From the NCBI GenBank assembly GCA_947589265.1, contig CANQAI010000001.1:14484-78483 (forward strand): a DNA stretch of 64,000 nt, given 5' to 3'. This document shows, piece after piece, positions 48,284 to 58,341 of the stretch. A model generated the notes under the pieces. The model was not told the origin of the DNA. It was given only the letters and a program-made list of their open reading frames with translations, and did not search any database. Position numbers and translations under genes: made by a program. The first letter of the stretch is position 1, and each line of letters opens with the position of its first letter. Origin of the DNA: an uncultured Clostridia bacterium. Lineage in GTDB: Bacteria > Bacillota > Clostridia > TANB77 > CAG-508.

Positions 48284-48841
48284 ATGTATTTAATCGTAGG
48301 TTTAGGAAATCCAGAGCCAGAATATAGCAAAACAAGGCATAACATGGGCTTTGATGTAATTAATAAAATAGCTAAAAAATATGAAATAGAACTAACAAAA
48401 ACAAAATTTAATGCAATATATGCAAATGCTATTATAGAAAATCAAAAAGTAATACTATTAAAGCCACAAACATTTATGAATTTGAGTGGACAAAGTATAG
48501 AAGCATTTGTAAGCTTTTACAAAATTCCAATAGAAAATGTTCTAGTAGTTTATGATGATATGGATGTAAAAATTGGAAGCATTAAAATTAGAAAAAAAGG
48601 TGGACCAGGCTCACATAATGGAGCAAAATCTGTTGTTCATGAACTAGCCTCTGAAGATTTTCCAAGAATTCGTGTAGGAATTGGAAAACCAGTAGATGAA
48701 TATGATGCCATAGATTATGTTATAGGACCTTTAGATGATGAAACATACAAACAATTAGAAGAAGGAATTGAAAAAGCAGCAATAGCAGTAACAGAATTTT
48801 TAAAAAATGGCATTGATAATACAATGAACAAATACAATTAG
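48284..48841 (+). CDS. pth: Peptidyl-tRNA hydrolase. The track start at 48272 probably lies upstream of the true start.
   Basis: MYLIVGLGNPEPEYSKTRHNMGF with the catalytic His, and the GIGKP motif. Confidence 0.85.
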   Translation: MYLIVGLGNPEPEYSKTRHNMGFDVINKIAKKYEIELTKTKFNAIYANAIIENQKVILLKPQTFMNLSGQSIEAFVSFYKIPIENVLVVYDDMDVKIGSIKIRKKGGPGSHNGAKSVVHELASEDFPRIRVGIGKPVDEYDAIDYVIGPLDDETYKQLEEGIEKAAIAVTEFLKNGIDNTMNKYN

Positions 48842-48854
48842 AAGGGACAAAAAA

Positions 48855-50046
48855 ATGCAAGAAATTATCATAAAACAGGATAACGATTTTAATAAAATAG
48901 TTGCAGTAGTTGAAAACGGAAAGCTTGTAGAAAAGTATGAAGAAAAAGAAAATCAAGAAAGACTAGAAGGCAATATATATTTAGGAAAAGTAGAAAATGT
49001 ATTAATTCGGAATGCAGGCAGCATTTGTAAATATAGGAGCAGATAAAAATACATTTATCCATGTAAAAGATATTATTCCTAAAATTAGTAATGAAACCGG
49101 AAATAAAAATGAACAATTAAGCAAATATGACATAAAAAACTACATACACAACGGAATGCCAATTTTAGTTCAAGTTAAAAGAGATGCCACATCAAAAAAA
49201 GGTGCAAGAGTATCAAGCCACATTACTATGCCAGGAAGATTTATAGTATTAATGCCTGAAACAGAATTTATTACTATTTCCAAAAAAATAGAAAAAGAAC
49301 AAGAAAAAAATAGACTAATAAATATTGTAAAACAAAATTTGCCAAAAGGCTATGGAGTAATTGTAAGAACATCAGCACAAGGAAAATCAGAAGAACTTAT
49401 AACTGAAGACATTAAAAGAGTTTTAAACCAATACGAAGCAATCTTACAAGAATTTAATCACCTAAAAAATAATGAAAATTGTAATTCAACATTACTATAC
49501 AAAAACGATGGAATTGTTGGTAAAATATTAACAGATTTAGTAGACCAAGACCTAATGAGAATTACTACAAATAATATAAAAGTACATGAATATGTTAAAA
49601 AGTTTCTAGACGAAACAGGACTTAAAGAAAAAGTAAAACTAGAACTTAAAAATGATGATGTGCTTAAAATATATGATATTGAAGAACAAATAGAAAAAGC
49701 AAACAATCGTAAAATTTGGCTAAAATGTGGTGGCTTTATTACCATAGATAAAACAGAAGCTTTAACTGCAATCGATGTAAACTCTGGGAAATATGTAGGA
49801 ACAAAAGACCTAGAGCAAACAGTATATACAGTAAATAAAGAAGCAAGCATTGAAATTGCAAAACAACTAAGACTTCGCGATATTGGTGGAATTATTATAA
49901 TCGATTATATAGACATGGAAAAAGAAGAAACCAAACAAAAAATATTACAAACTTTAGAGCAAGCATTAAAAAAAGATCGTTCAAAAACACAAATCGTTGG
50001 ATTTACACCACTTGACCTTTTGGAAATGACTAGAAAACACATGTAA
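48855..50046 (+). pseudogene. rng: RNase G/E-family ribonuclease (rng/cafA-like) interrupted by a frameshift near 49005-49010
   Basis: Frame 1 (48855-49046) encodes the S1-domain N-terminus ending ..EGNIYLGKVENVLI. Frame 2 continues with GMQAAFVNIGADKN.., the canonical RNase G S1 motif. One extra nucleotide separates them. Confidence 0.65.
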
Positions 50047-50108
50047 TAAGTACTTAACCAAATTTTCATTTTAGGGTAATTTGTAACAGATTAGAAAAAG
50101 AGGAAGTT

Positions 50109-50798
50109 ATGAGAATAAGATATAAACCATGGGCAAGAAAAGAACTAGAAGAAAGCCCATTTTATAGAGAATATCCAGAAAAAATAATTGGAAAATGGAG
50201 GCAAGAGTTTATAAACCCTAGCCATCCATTTTTTGTAGAACTTGGATGTGGAAAAGGAAGTTTTATTGCCCAAAAGGCAGTCACTAATCCAGAAAATAAC
50301 TATTTAGCAATTGACCTAGTTGACCCAATGCTAGGTTTAGCAAAAAGAAAAATAGAAGAAGTTTTCAAAGGGCAAAACAAGGAAATAAATAATGTTCTCT
50401 TAACACGTTTTGATATTGAGCGCATTTTACTAATATTAAACGAGAATGATAGAGTAGATGGAATTTATATTAATTTTTGTAACCCATGGCCAAGAGGAAA
50501 ACATCATAAAAAAAGACTAACTCATACTAGACAATTAGAAAATTATAAAAAATTTTTAAAACCTGGGGCAAATATTTATTTTAAAACAGATGATGATAAT
50601 TTGTTTGAAGAAAGTATAAATTACTTTAAAGAAGCAGGTTTTGAAATAAAAAAGCTAACAAGAGACTTAAGTAGTGAACCGAATTTTTGGGAAAATATTG
50701 AAACAGAGCATGAAAAAATGTTTAAAGAGCAAGGTATTAAAATAAAAGCATTATTGGGTACAGTTCCTTTTTCCACTTTTGAAGGAAAAAAGGAGTAA
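50109..50798 (+). CDS. trmB: tRNA (guanine46-N7)-methyltransferase
   Basis: VELGCGKGSF SAM motif and the TrmB family pattern. 229 aa. Confidence 0.85.
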   Translation: MRIRYKPWARKELEESPFYREYPEKIIGKWRQEFINPSHPFFVELGCGKGSFIAQKAVTNPENNYLAIDLVDPMLGLAKRKIEEVFKGQNKEINNVLLTRFDIERILLILNENDRVDGIYINFCNPWPRGKHHKKRLTHTRQLENYKKFLKPGANIYFKTDDDNLFEESINYFKEAGFEIKKLTRDLSSEPNFWENIETEHEKMFKEQGIKIKALLGTVPFSTFEGKKE

Positions 50799-50909
50799 AT
50801 CTAAACAATACAGCATTTCCCAAAAGCATTTACTTAAAAAGAAATTTGAATAAGAAAAAACAAATAGGCAAGAATATAAGTAAATTAAAAATGAGGAGAA
50901 AAATTACTT

Positions 50910-51914
50910 ATGTTCTTGCCAAAATCGGTTTATTATGAAAAAGAAAGCGAAAATTATGAACTTGGAAAGAAATTATTACAAGAATATAGAGATAAAAATA
51001 TTCCTTGCATAGAAATTCAAAATCACAACAATATAGAAGAAATGCGAAAAAAACAAAATAGTGAATTTCCTAATATGAAGCAAAACTTAATTATTGGAAT
51101 TAGAAAAACGCATAATTTTGTACCAAATCATAAGACCTCAGATTTTTTAGTACCCTATACATCATCTGGTTGTATTGCAATGTGTCTTTACTGCTATTTG
51201 GTTTGTAACTATAATAAATGCGCATATTTAAGGTTGTTTGTAAATAGAGAGCAGATGCTAGAAAAGATTATAAAAGTAGCTAATAAAAGTGAAAAAAATT
51301 TAACTTTTGAAATAGGAAGTAATAGTGACCTAATTTTGGAAAACACAATTACAGGAAACCTAAATTGGACAATAGAAAACTTTTGCAATAATGAAAAAGG
51401 ATTTTTAACTTTTCCAACTAAATTCGATATGGTTGATCCAATTTTACCTCTAAAGCATAATGGAAAAATAATTGTGCGTATGAGTGTAAATCCAAAAGAA
51501 ATAATCAGAACAATCGAAATAGGCACATCTCCTTTAGAAAATCGTGTGCAAGCAATTAATAAATTAGCAGAAGCAGACTACAAAATAGGAATTTTAATAG
51601 CTCCAATCATATTAGTTGAAGACTGGAGGGAAAAGTATAAAGAACTAATAGAATATTTATCAGAACACTTAAGTAGAAAAGTAAAAGAAAAAGTATTTTT
51701 TGAAATTATTTTTATGACATATAGTTATATACATCGCAAAATAAATGAAGAAGCTTTTCCAAGTCTAATAAACCTATATAACCCTAATATTATGACAGGA
51801 AGAGGAAAAGGAAAATACACGTACAATAAGGAAGTAAGAGGAGAAGCAGAAATTTATTTAAGAGACCTTATGAAAAAGTACTTTCCAAGTAATGAAATTA
51901 AGTATATAGTGTAA
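50910..51914 (+). CDS. splB: Spore photoproduct lyase (radical SAM)
   Basis: CxxxCxxC motif in SSGCIAMCLYCYL. The N-terminal MFLPKSVYYEKES... resembles Bacillus SplB along its length. 334 aa. Confidence 0.8.
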   Translation: MFLPKSVYYEKESENYELGKKLLQEYRDKNIPCIEIQNHNNIEEMRKKQNSEFPNMKQNLIIGIRKTHNFVPNHKTSDFLVPYTSSGCIAMCLYCYLVCNYNKCAYLRLFVNREQMLEKIIKVANKSEKNLTFEIGSNSDLILENTITGNLNWTIENFCNNEKGFLTFPTKFDMVDPILPLKHNGKIIVRMSVNPKEIIRTIEIGTSPLENRVQAINKLAEADYKIGILIAPIILVEDWREKYKELIEYLSEHLSRKVKEKVFFEIIFMTYSYIHRKINEEAFPSLINLYNPNIMTGRGKGKYTYNKEVRGEAEIYLRDLMKKYFPSNEIKYIV

Positions 51915-51935
51915 AAAAATTCAAAATTTAGTTAC

Positions 51936-52095
51936 TGTTAATGGTTTTATAGTTAATTGCTCGAATAGCACTATTTTTCTTGTTTTTCAAATGCCCGTTG
52001 TAGCCAGCAAATCCAAAGAAGCACTTCAGAACAGGACCTCTCAAAACTGCGAAAAATAGTACTATTCAAGCTTTAATGTAATTATAACTATTAAC
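51936..52095. repeat. Copy B of the intergenic element bounded by inverted repeats (see 17103-17292)
   Basis: Same conserved core and terminal inverted repeats (GCTCGAATAGCACT...AGTACTATTCAAGC) with a compensatory A:T to G:C change in the stem relative to copy A. It lacks the 27-nt duplication. Confidence 0.7.
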
Positions 52096-52181
52096 AAATT
52101 TTTCACACTCTAGACATAATTAATAATTATAATATATAATAAATGTAAATAAAAACTATGCTTTTGAAAGGAAGTATAAAA

Positions 52182-52859
52182 ATGAATGATGTTACAATAT
52201 TAGTAGTAGATGATGAATCTAGAATGAGAAAATTAATAAAAGATTTCTTAATGCAAAAAGGCTATTCTATTCTAGAAGCAGGAGATGGAGAAGAAGCTTT
52301 AAAAACATTTGAAGAAAACCAAAATAAAATAAGCCTAATTTTATTAGATGTTATGATGCCAAAATTAGATGGATGGTCTGTTCTTCGCCAAATTAGACAA
52401 ACATCGAAAGTGCCTATTGTTATGCTAACTGCAAGAGGAGAAGAACAAGATGAACTATTCGGCTTTGAATTAGGAGTAGATGAATATATTTCAAAACCAG
52501 TTAGCCCTAAAATTTTGGTAGCAAGAGTTGAAGCTATATTAAAAAGGACTATGGCAAACAAAAAGAATGTACAAGAATGTGGTGGAATTACAATAGACCC
52601 AGATGGAAGAACTGTAAAAATAGATGGAAAGCAAGTTGAAATGAGCCTTCGTGAATATGAACTACTAAAATATTTAGTAGATAACCAAGGAATTGCATTA
52701 TCTAGGGATAAAATTCTAAATAATGTATGGAATTATGATTATTACGGAGACTCAAGAACCATAGATAGCCATATTAAAAAAATTAGACATAAACTAGGGA
52801 AAAAGGGAAAATACATACAAACAATGAGAGGTGTAGGATATAAATTTGAAATAAAATAA
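52182..52859 (+). CDS. OmpR-family response regulator. The ORF-track start is 52158.
   Basis: Receiver domain (ILVVDDE...LLDVMMPKLDG...K) plus a winged-helix trans_reg_C domain (LSLREYELLKYL...MRGVGYKF). Confidence 0.85.
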   Translation: MNDVTILVVDDESRMRKLIKDFLMQKGYSILEAGDGEEALKTFEENQNKISLILLDVMMPKLDGWSVLRQIRQTSKVPIVMLTARGEEQDELFGFELGVDEYISKPVSPKILVARVEAILKRTMANKKNVQECGGITIDPDGRTVKIDGKQVEMSLREYELLKYLVDNQGIALSRDKILNNVWNYDYYGDSRTIDSHIKKIRHKLGKKGKYIQTMRGVGYKFEIK

Positions 52860-52881
52860 GAAAAAGGAATGATTAAAAAAC

Positions 52882-54381
52882 ATGAAAAAAATAAAGGAGC
52901 AATTTAAGTCAGTAAGATTTAAGCTATTTATTACATTTTGTATTTTTGTTATGTTTTTAGTAGTTTGTTTAATTGCCATAAATAGATTAGTATTAGAGAA
53001 CTTCTATATGTATAACAAAACAAAAACTATTAAAGGGGTATATCAAAAAATCAATGAATATTACGAAAATCCTAGCTTAGATAAAAATTTAGAAAGTGAA
53101 CTTAAAAAAATTGCATATAAAAATAATTTCGATATTTTAATACAGGCAGATACAAATTTAATAGTATTTTCAACTAATAAAGACTTATTAGAAAACGTAG
53201 AAAAAATTACAAATATGCTAAATATGCCAGAATTATCAAGGGGTCCAAATGTAATTTATTCAGATGAAAATATGCAAATTAGAAGAATAACAGATAATAC
53301 AAATAATTTAAATTACATATTATTAACAGGCAAACTGGTAAACGAATACAATTTATATATTAGAATTCCAATAGCGCCAATAGAAGAAAGCGTTAGAATA
53401 TCTAACGAAACATTAATTTTAATTGGACTTCTTACTATTATAGTGGCATTTTTCGCAATATCATTTATTACTCGCAAATTTACAAGCCCTATATCACAGC
53501 TAAGTGAAATTACTAATAAAATGGCAAAGCTAGACTTCAGCCAAAAATATAGAATTACAGACTCTGATGATGAAATAAATGAACTTGGAAAAAATATTAA
53601 TACTATGTCAGATAAGCTAGAATCTACTATTAAGCAATTAAGAGAAAATAATAAAGAGCTAGAAAAAGATATTGAAGAAAAATCAAAAATTGACGAAATG
53701 AGAAAACAATTTATTTCAGATGTATCACATGAACTAAAAACTCCAATAGCTTTAATACAAGGCTATGCAGAAGGATTAGTAGAAAATGTAAATAAAGATG
53801 AAGAATCTAAAAAATTTTATGCAGAAGTAATTCTAGATGAATCTAATAAAATGGATGAGCTAGTAAAACAACTTTTGGAATTAATGAAACTAGAATATGG
53901 AAAAAGAGAATTTAATAATAAAAAGTTTGACCTAAATGAGTTAATAAGAGAAGTAATTAGAAAATGTCATGTTATGCTTGAAGAAAAAAATATAGAAGTT
54001 ATTTTTAATCAAAACGAACCTGTTTACGTATATGCAGATGATTTTTATATTGATCAAGTTGTAACAAATTATTTCACAAATGCAATAAAAAATGCAGAAG
54101 AAATAAATGGCAAAAAACAAATTAAAATTACAATAGAGCAAAATAATAATAAAATAAGAGTATTTGTATTTAACACTGGAAAGAATATTGCACAGGATGA
54201 CTTAGATAGAGTTTGGGGAAGATTTTATAAAGTTGATAGTTCTAGAAACAGAGAAAATGGAGGAAGTGGAATAGGTCTTTCAATTGTAAAAGCAATCCAA
54301 ACTAATTATAAAAATAGTTATGGCGTAGAGAATAAAGAAGACGGAGTAGAATTTTATTTTGATATTAACTTGAGCGATTAA
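52882..54381 (+). CDS. Sensor histidine kinase (transmembrane sensor, HAMP, HisKA, HATPase_c)
   Basis: Two transmembrane helices, H-box SHELKTPI, N-box and G-box GGSGIGLSIV. It is adjacent to the OmpR-type regulator. Confidence 0.8.
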   Translation: MKKIKEQFKSVRFKLFITFCIFVMFLVVCLIAINRLVLENFYMYNKTKTIKGVYQKINEYYENPSLDKNLESELKKIAYKNNFDILIQADTNLIVFSTNKDLLENVEKITNMLNMPELSRGPNVIYSDENMQIRRITDNTNNLNYILLTGKLVNEYNLYIRIPIAPIEESVRISNETLILIGLLTIIVAFFAISFITRKFTSPISQLSEITNKMAKLDFSQKYRITDSDDEINELGKNINTMSDKLESTIKQLRENNKELEKDIEEKSKIDEMRKQFISDVSHELKTPIALIQGYAEGLVENVNKDEESKKFYAEVILDESNKMDELVKQLLELMKLEYGKREFNNKKFDLNELIREVIRKCHVMLEEKNIEVIFNQNEPVYVYADDFYIDQVVTNYFTNAIKNAEEINGKKQIKITIEQNNNKIRVFVFNTGKNIAQDDLDRVWGRFYKVDSSRNRENGGSGIGLSIVKAIQTNYKNSYGVENKEDGVEFYFDINLSD

Positions 54382-54478
54382 CATTTGAATTATAACAAAA
54401 CGAAAAACAGAATTAAGATGTAATGTCGAAAAAGGTCGATGAAAAGTTCTTTACAAATTAGCAAAAATGGTGTATTAT

Positions 54479-54509
54479 AATTGCAATTTAAAAAATTGCA
54501 ATTTTTTTT
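54479..54509 (+). terminator. AT-rich hairpin terminator after the kinase gene
   Basis: 11-bp stem AATTGCAATTT/AAATTGCAATT with a 3-nt loop, followed by TTTTTT. Confidence 0.45.
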
Positions 54510-54626
54510 AATCAATAAAGTTTTATCAAAGGCATTTTTAATATTTACTTATATGTATAGAAATTTAATTTCTAAAAATTAAAACTCAAAAACACAAATT
54601 TAATATTAACAAAAAAGGTAGGTGCA

Positions 54627-55499
54627 GTGTATGTGATTAATTATACAAAAAGAAATATAAGCTTTTTAAGCCTTATTTTAACTCTCATTTTGTTTATATC
54701 ATTTTGCATTATTTATTCATATTTTCAAAAAACAAAAACCACAAAATCATCAAATAATTTGTATTCAATCTCAATTCAAAATTATCACACAAAAAATCCA
54801 AGTTATTACAATGAAAATTCTGAAAACAATATCCAAAATGACTTTTTATTAAAAAATAAATTAAATGTAACTTTGTTAAATAACAATGAAAGTGTAGAAC
54901 TTTTAACTAAAACAAAAAAAATACTAGAAAACTCTAAAAGTGCTACTAAAAATGTAGCCAATAATACAAGCTTTACACAAAATAGCGAAAATAGCACAAA
55001 CAATAACCAAAATGGCAGTAAAAAACAAAATCTAGAAGAAAATGAATATAAAGAGCCTAATTTAAATGAAAAAACTCAAACACAAGTGCTTGAAGAAAAC
55101 AGAAATAAAACATGGAGAATTCAAATACCAAAAATAGATTTAGATGCACATATTGCAGAAGGAATTACATCTTCAGTTTTATTAACTGCAGTAGGACATT
55201 TTGAAGAAACAAGCAAATGGCAAGGCAATGTAGGATTAGCAGCACATAACAGAGGCTATAAATGCAACTTTTTTCAAGATATAAAAAATCTACAAATAGG
55301 AGACGAAATAATTTATACTACTGTGAACAATAAAAAAGTTTATAAAGTACAAACTAACAAAGTTATTTCACAAACAGATTGGAGTTATTTACAAAATACA
55401 AAAGATAATCGTATTACCTTAATCACTTGCGAAGAAAATAGAAAAGATTGCAGAAGATGTGTGCAAGCAGTAGAAGTTGCAAATTATATAATTAATTAA
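54627..55499 (+). CDS. Sortase-family transpeptidase (class B/D-like)
   Basis: N-terminal transmembrane anchor, long N/S-rich linker, catalytic His (TAVGHFEETS), TLITC active-site Cys, and a downstream conserved Arg (RRCVQAVEV). Confidence 0.75.
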   Translation: MYVINYTKRNISFLSLILTLILFISFCIIYSYFQKTKTTKSSNNLYSISIQNYHTKNPSYYNENSENNIQNDFLLKNKLNVTLLNNNESVELLTKTKKILENSKSATKNVANNTSFTQNSENSTNNNQNGSKKQNLEENEYKEPNLNEKTQTQVLEENRNKTWRIQIPKIDLDAHIAEGITSSVLLTAVGHFEETSKWQGNVGLAAHNRGYKCNFFQDIKNLQIGDEIIYTTVNNKKVYKVQTNKVISQTDWSYLQNTKDNRITLITCEENRKDCRRCVQAVEVANYIIN

Positions 55500-55524
55500 A
55501 AAAACATATTATAGGAGGAAAAAA

Positions 55525-56793
55525 ATGTTTAAATTAAAGAAAATAATATACATACTAATGATAGCAATAATGATTATAGTTAATTTTTCAATTTTTTTAG
55601 GAGCAGGTAAAACAAAAGCTACTGTATTACCTGAAGAAGCTCCAGATTTATATTCTAAAGGAAAAGTTACATATTTCAATTACAAAGGTAGCCCAGTTGA
55701 AATAGAACTTGTTTTTTATAAAAAAGGCAATACTGAATACCCAGTATATGGTTTAAACCAAGCCAAAAACAGCTTTTCATCAGAAAATGATTATGAAGTA
55801 AAAATAGATGGATTAGTAACCAATCAAAAAATATGGAGAGTAATCACTAATGGATATCCATTTAAAACAGTAGAAGAACTAGGCTGTGAAACTATACAAA
55901 GAGCTTATGCAGCAACCAAAATAGCAGTATATGATGTCTTTAATAATTATGACTTAACAAAATTAACACAGGTTTCAGATGAAGACGCATCTACTGTAGC
56001 AGCTGCAAAAAATATTATTGAAAAAGCAAGAAGTTCAAAAGAAACTAAAACAATGGGAAAACTAGAAATTAAAGAAGCTTCAAAATGGCAGGTAGATGAT
56101 ATAGACGGAAATTATGTTAGTAAAACCTATACTGTAACTGCCTCAGCATCAAACAAAACTTATGACATTTACATTACAGGAAAAAACCTTAGTAATGTTA
56201 GAGTAACAAAAATGGATAATTCTATAGATTCTGAATTTCCAGCAAACGAGAAATTTAAAGTTATAGTACCAATATCAAAGCTACCAGTTTCTGGACAATT
56301 TACTATTCATGCTAGATCTTCTCTAAAAACATATCCAATCTATCATGCACAAGATTCAGCAGGAACATATGAAGACTTTGCTGTTACAGCAGGTGAATAC
56401 GAAACTGTAGAAGCTTCCTATGTACAAAACTATGAAATAAATAGAACAAAAATAAAAGTATTAAAACAAGATGGAGACACTGAAAGACCATTGCAAGGAG
56501 CCGTATTTAACCTGTTAGACCAAAACAAATCTATACTTTATTCTGAATTAACAACAAATGAAAGTGGAATTATAGAAATTTCAGATTTAGCACCTGGGGT
56601 ATATTATTTAGAAGAAGTATCTGCTCCAAATGGATATTATGGATATGATGAATTAATTAAAGTAGACACTACTGCTAAAGAATTAGTAGAAATTATAGTC
56701 GACAATTTTGTAGATGAAGGTGAAAAAGTAGTTCCAGAAGAACCAGAAGAAAATCATTACACAAATAAAAGACTACCCACAACAGGTTTTTAA
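55525..56793 (+). CDS. Cell-surface protein with a CnaB/prealbumin-like domain and an LPXTG motif. The ORF ends right after LPTTGF, with no membrane anchor or charged tail.
   Basis: Signal peptide. CnaB-like domain (TKIKVLKQDGDTERPLQGAVFNLLDQ...GVYYLEEVSAPNGY). C-terminal ...NKRLPTTGF followed by the stop codon. Confidence 0.7.
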   Translation: MFKLKKIIYILMIAIMIIVNFSIFLGAGKTKATVLPEEAPDLYSKGKVTYFNYKGSPVEIELVFYKKGNTEYPVYGLNQAKNSFSSENDYEVKIDGLVTNQKIWRVITNGYPFKTVEELGCETIQRAYAATKIAVYDVFNNYDLTKLTQVSDEDASTVAAAKNIIEKARSSKETKTMGKLEIKEASKWQVDDIDGNYVSKTYTVTASASNKTYDIYITGKNLSNVRVTKMDNSIDSEFPANEKFKVIVPISKLPVSGQFTIHARSSLKTYPIYHAQDSAGTYEDFAVTAGEYETVEASYVQNYEINRTKIKVLKQDGDTERPLQGAVFNLLDQNKSILYSELTTNESGIIEISDLAPGVYYLEEVSAPNGYYGYDELIKVDTTAKELVEIIVDNFVDEGEKVVPEEPEENHYTNKRLPTTGF

Positions 56794-56881
56794 TAATAAA
56801 ATATTTAAATAAAATAAAATTACAGCCCTATAAAGTAAATGCAATTTTCGATAAAACCTAAGTAAAAAAATGGCACATTTA

Positions 56882-56910
56882 TTGACATACAAACAAAGAG
56901 AATATATAAT
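56882..56910 (+). promoter_or_regulatory. Sigma-A type promoter (TTGACA-17-TATAAT) for the CNNM/CorC gene
   Basis: TTGACA at 56882-56887, 17-nt spacer, TATAAT at 56905-56910, 40 nt upstream of the ATG at 56950. Confidence 0.5.
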
Positions 56911-56949
56911 AATTTCATATAATTCGTTTACAAAAAAGAAGGAGAATAT

Positions 56950-58272
56950 ATGATTTCACAAATAATTTTTTTAGCAATTTTAATTTTACTTAATGCTTAT
57001 TTTGCAGCAACAGAAATTGCTTTTATATCATTAAATGATGCCAAAATAGAAAAACAAGTTAAGGAAGGAAATAAAAAAGCAAAACAAATTCAAAAAATGC
57101 TAAAAAATCCAAGCAAATTTTTAGCAACAATACAAATTGGAATTACATTAGCAGGATTTTTATCAAGTGCATTTGCATCAGATGCGTTCGCAGATGTGTT
57201 AGCACCAGTATTAAATAGTTTAATGCCATTTTTAAGTATTTCAGTATGGAGAGGCATTTCAATAGTAATTATTACATTAATACTTTCATTTTTTACACTT
57301 GTATTCGGTGAACTTGTTCCTAAAAGATTAGCAATGAAATATTATGAAAAAATTGCATTTGGTACAGTTGGAGCTATTAGAACAATTTCTATTTTAACAG
57401 CACCTTTTGTAAAACTATTAACAAGTGCAACAACTGTAATTTCTAAAATATTTGGAGTAAGTGAACAAGATGAAGAGGTTGTTACTGAAGAAGAAATAAA
57501 AATGATGGTAGATGAAGGCGAAGAAAAAGGTTCAATTGAAGAAGCAGAAAAACAACTAATCAACAATGTATTTGAATTAAATGACATTGTTGCTTCAGAA
57601 ATCATGACACACCGTACAGAAATGTATGCAATTGAAATAAATCAAGATTTATATCAAATTCTAGATGAAATAGATGACTATAAATATAGCAGAATACCTG
57701 TATATGAAGAAACTATAGATGACATTAAAGGAATTTTATTTTTAAAAGATATTTTAAAATTTGTTAGCTCAAGAGAAAAAATTGAAATAAGAAATATTTT
57801 AAAAGAAGCATATTTCGTTCCAGAAACAAAACCAATAGATGAAATTTTCAAAGAACTACAAACAAATAAAATGCAAATGGCAATAGTTGTAGATGAATAT
57901 GGAGGAACTTCTGGTTTACTTACAATGGAGGACATTTTAGAAGAATTAGTAGGTAATATATTTGACGAGTATGATGAAGTAGAAGTAGAATACAAAAAAA
58001 TAGATAACAACACATACTTAGTAGAGGGAAATATGAACCTTTATGAATTAGAAAGAATTCTAGATGTAAAAATTCCAGAAGGAGACTACGAAACACTATC
58101 AGGATATTTAATAGAAAAATTAGGCAGATTACCTGAAGAAAACGAAAACCCTACAATAGAAGATGAACAATTAACATACCATATTGAAAAATATCAAGAC
58201 AAAAGAATTCAATGGGTTAAAATATGCAAAAATGGCCAGGAAAAAATAGAAGAAGCTGAAAATGAAGAATAA
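56950..58272 (+). CDS. CNNM/HlyC/CorC-family transporter (DUF21 + CBS pair + CorC_HlyC)
   Basis: N-terminal DUF21 membrane domain (AATEIAFISLN), a CBS pair, and a C-terminal CorC/HlyC transporter-associated domain. 440 aa. Confidence 0.8.
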   Translation: MISQIIFLAILILLNAYFAATEIAFISLNDAKIEKQVKEGNKKAKQIQKMLKNPSKFLATIQIGITLAGFLSSAFASDAFADVLAPVLNSLMPFLSISVWRGISIVIITLILSFFTLVFGELVPKRLAMKYYEKIAFGTVGAIRTISILTAPFVKLLTSATTVISKIFGVSEQDEEVVTEEEIKMMVDEGEEKGSIEEAEKQLINNVFELNDIVASEIMTHRTEMYAIEINQDLYQILDEIDDYKYSRIPVYEETIDDIKGILFLKDILKFVSSREKIEIRNILKEAYFVPETKPIDEIFKELQTNKMQMAIVVDEYGGTSGLLTMEDILEELVGNIFDEYDEVEVEYKKIDNNTYLVEGNMNLYELERILDVKIPEGDYETLSGYLIEKLGRLPEENENPTIEDEQLTYHIEKYQDKRIQWVKICKNGQEKIEEAENEE

Positions 58273-58341
58273 AATTAAATACAAAAACAATAAAAACATA
58301 AGCATAAAAAATAAAGATAAAAAAGAAAAGGAGAAAAGGTT

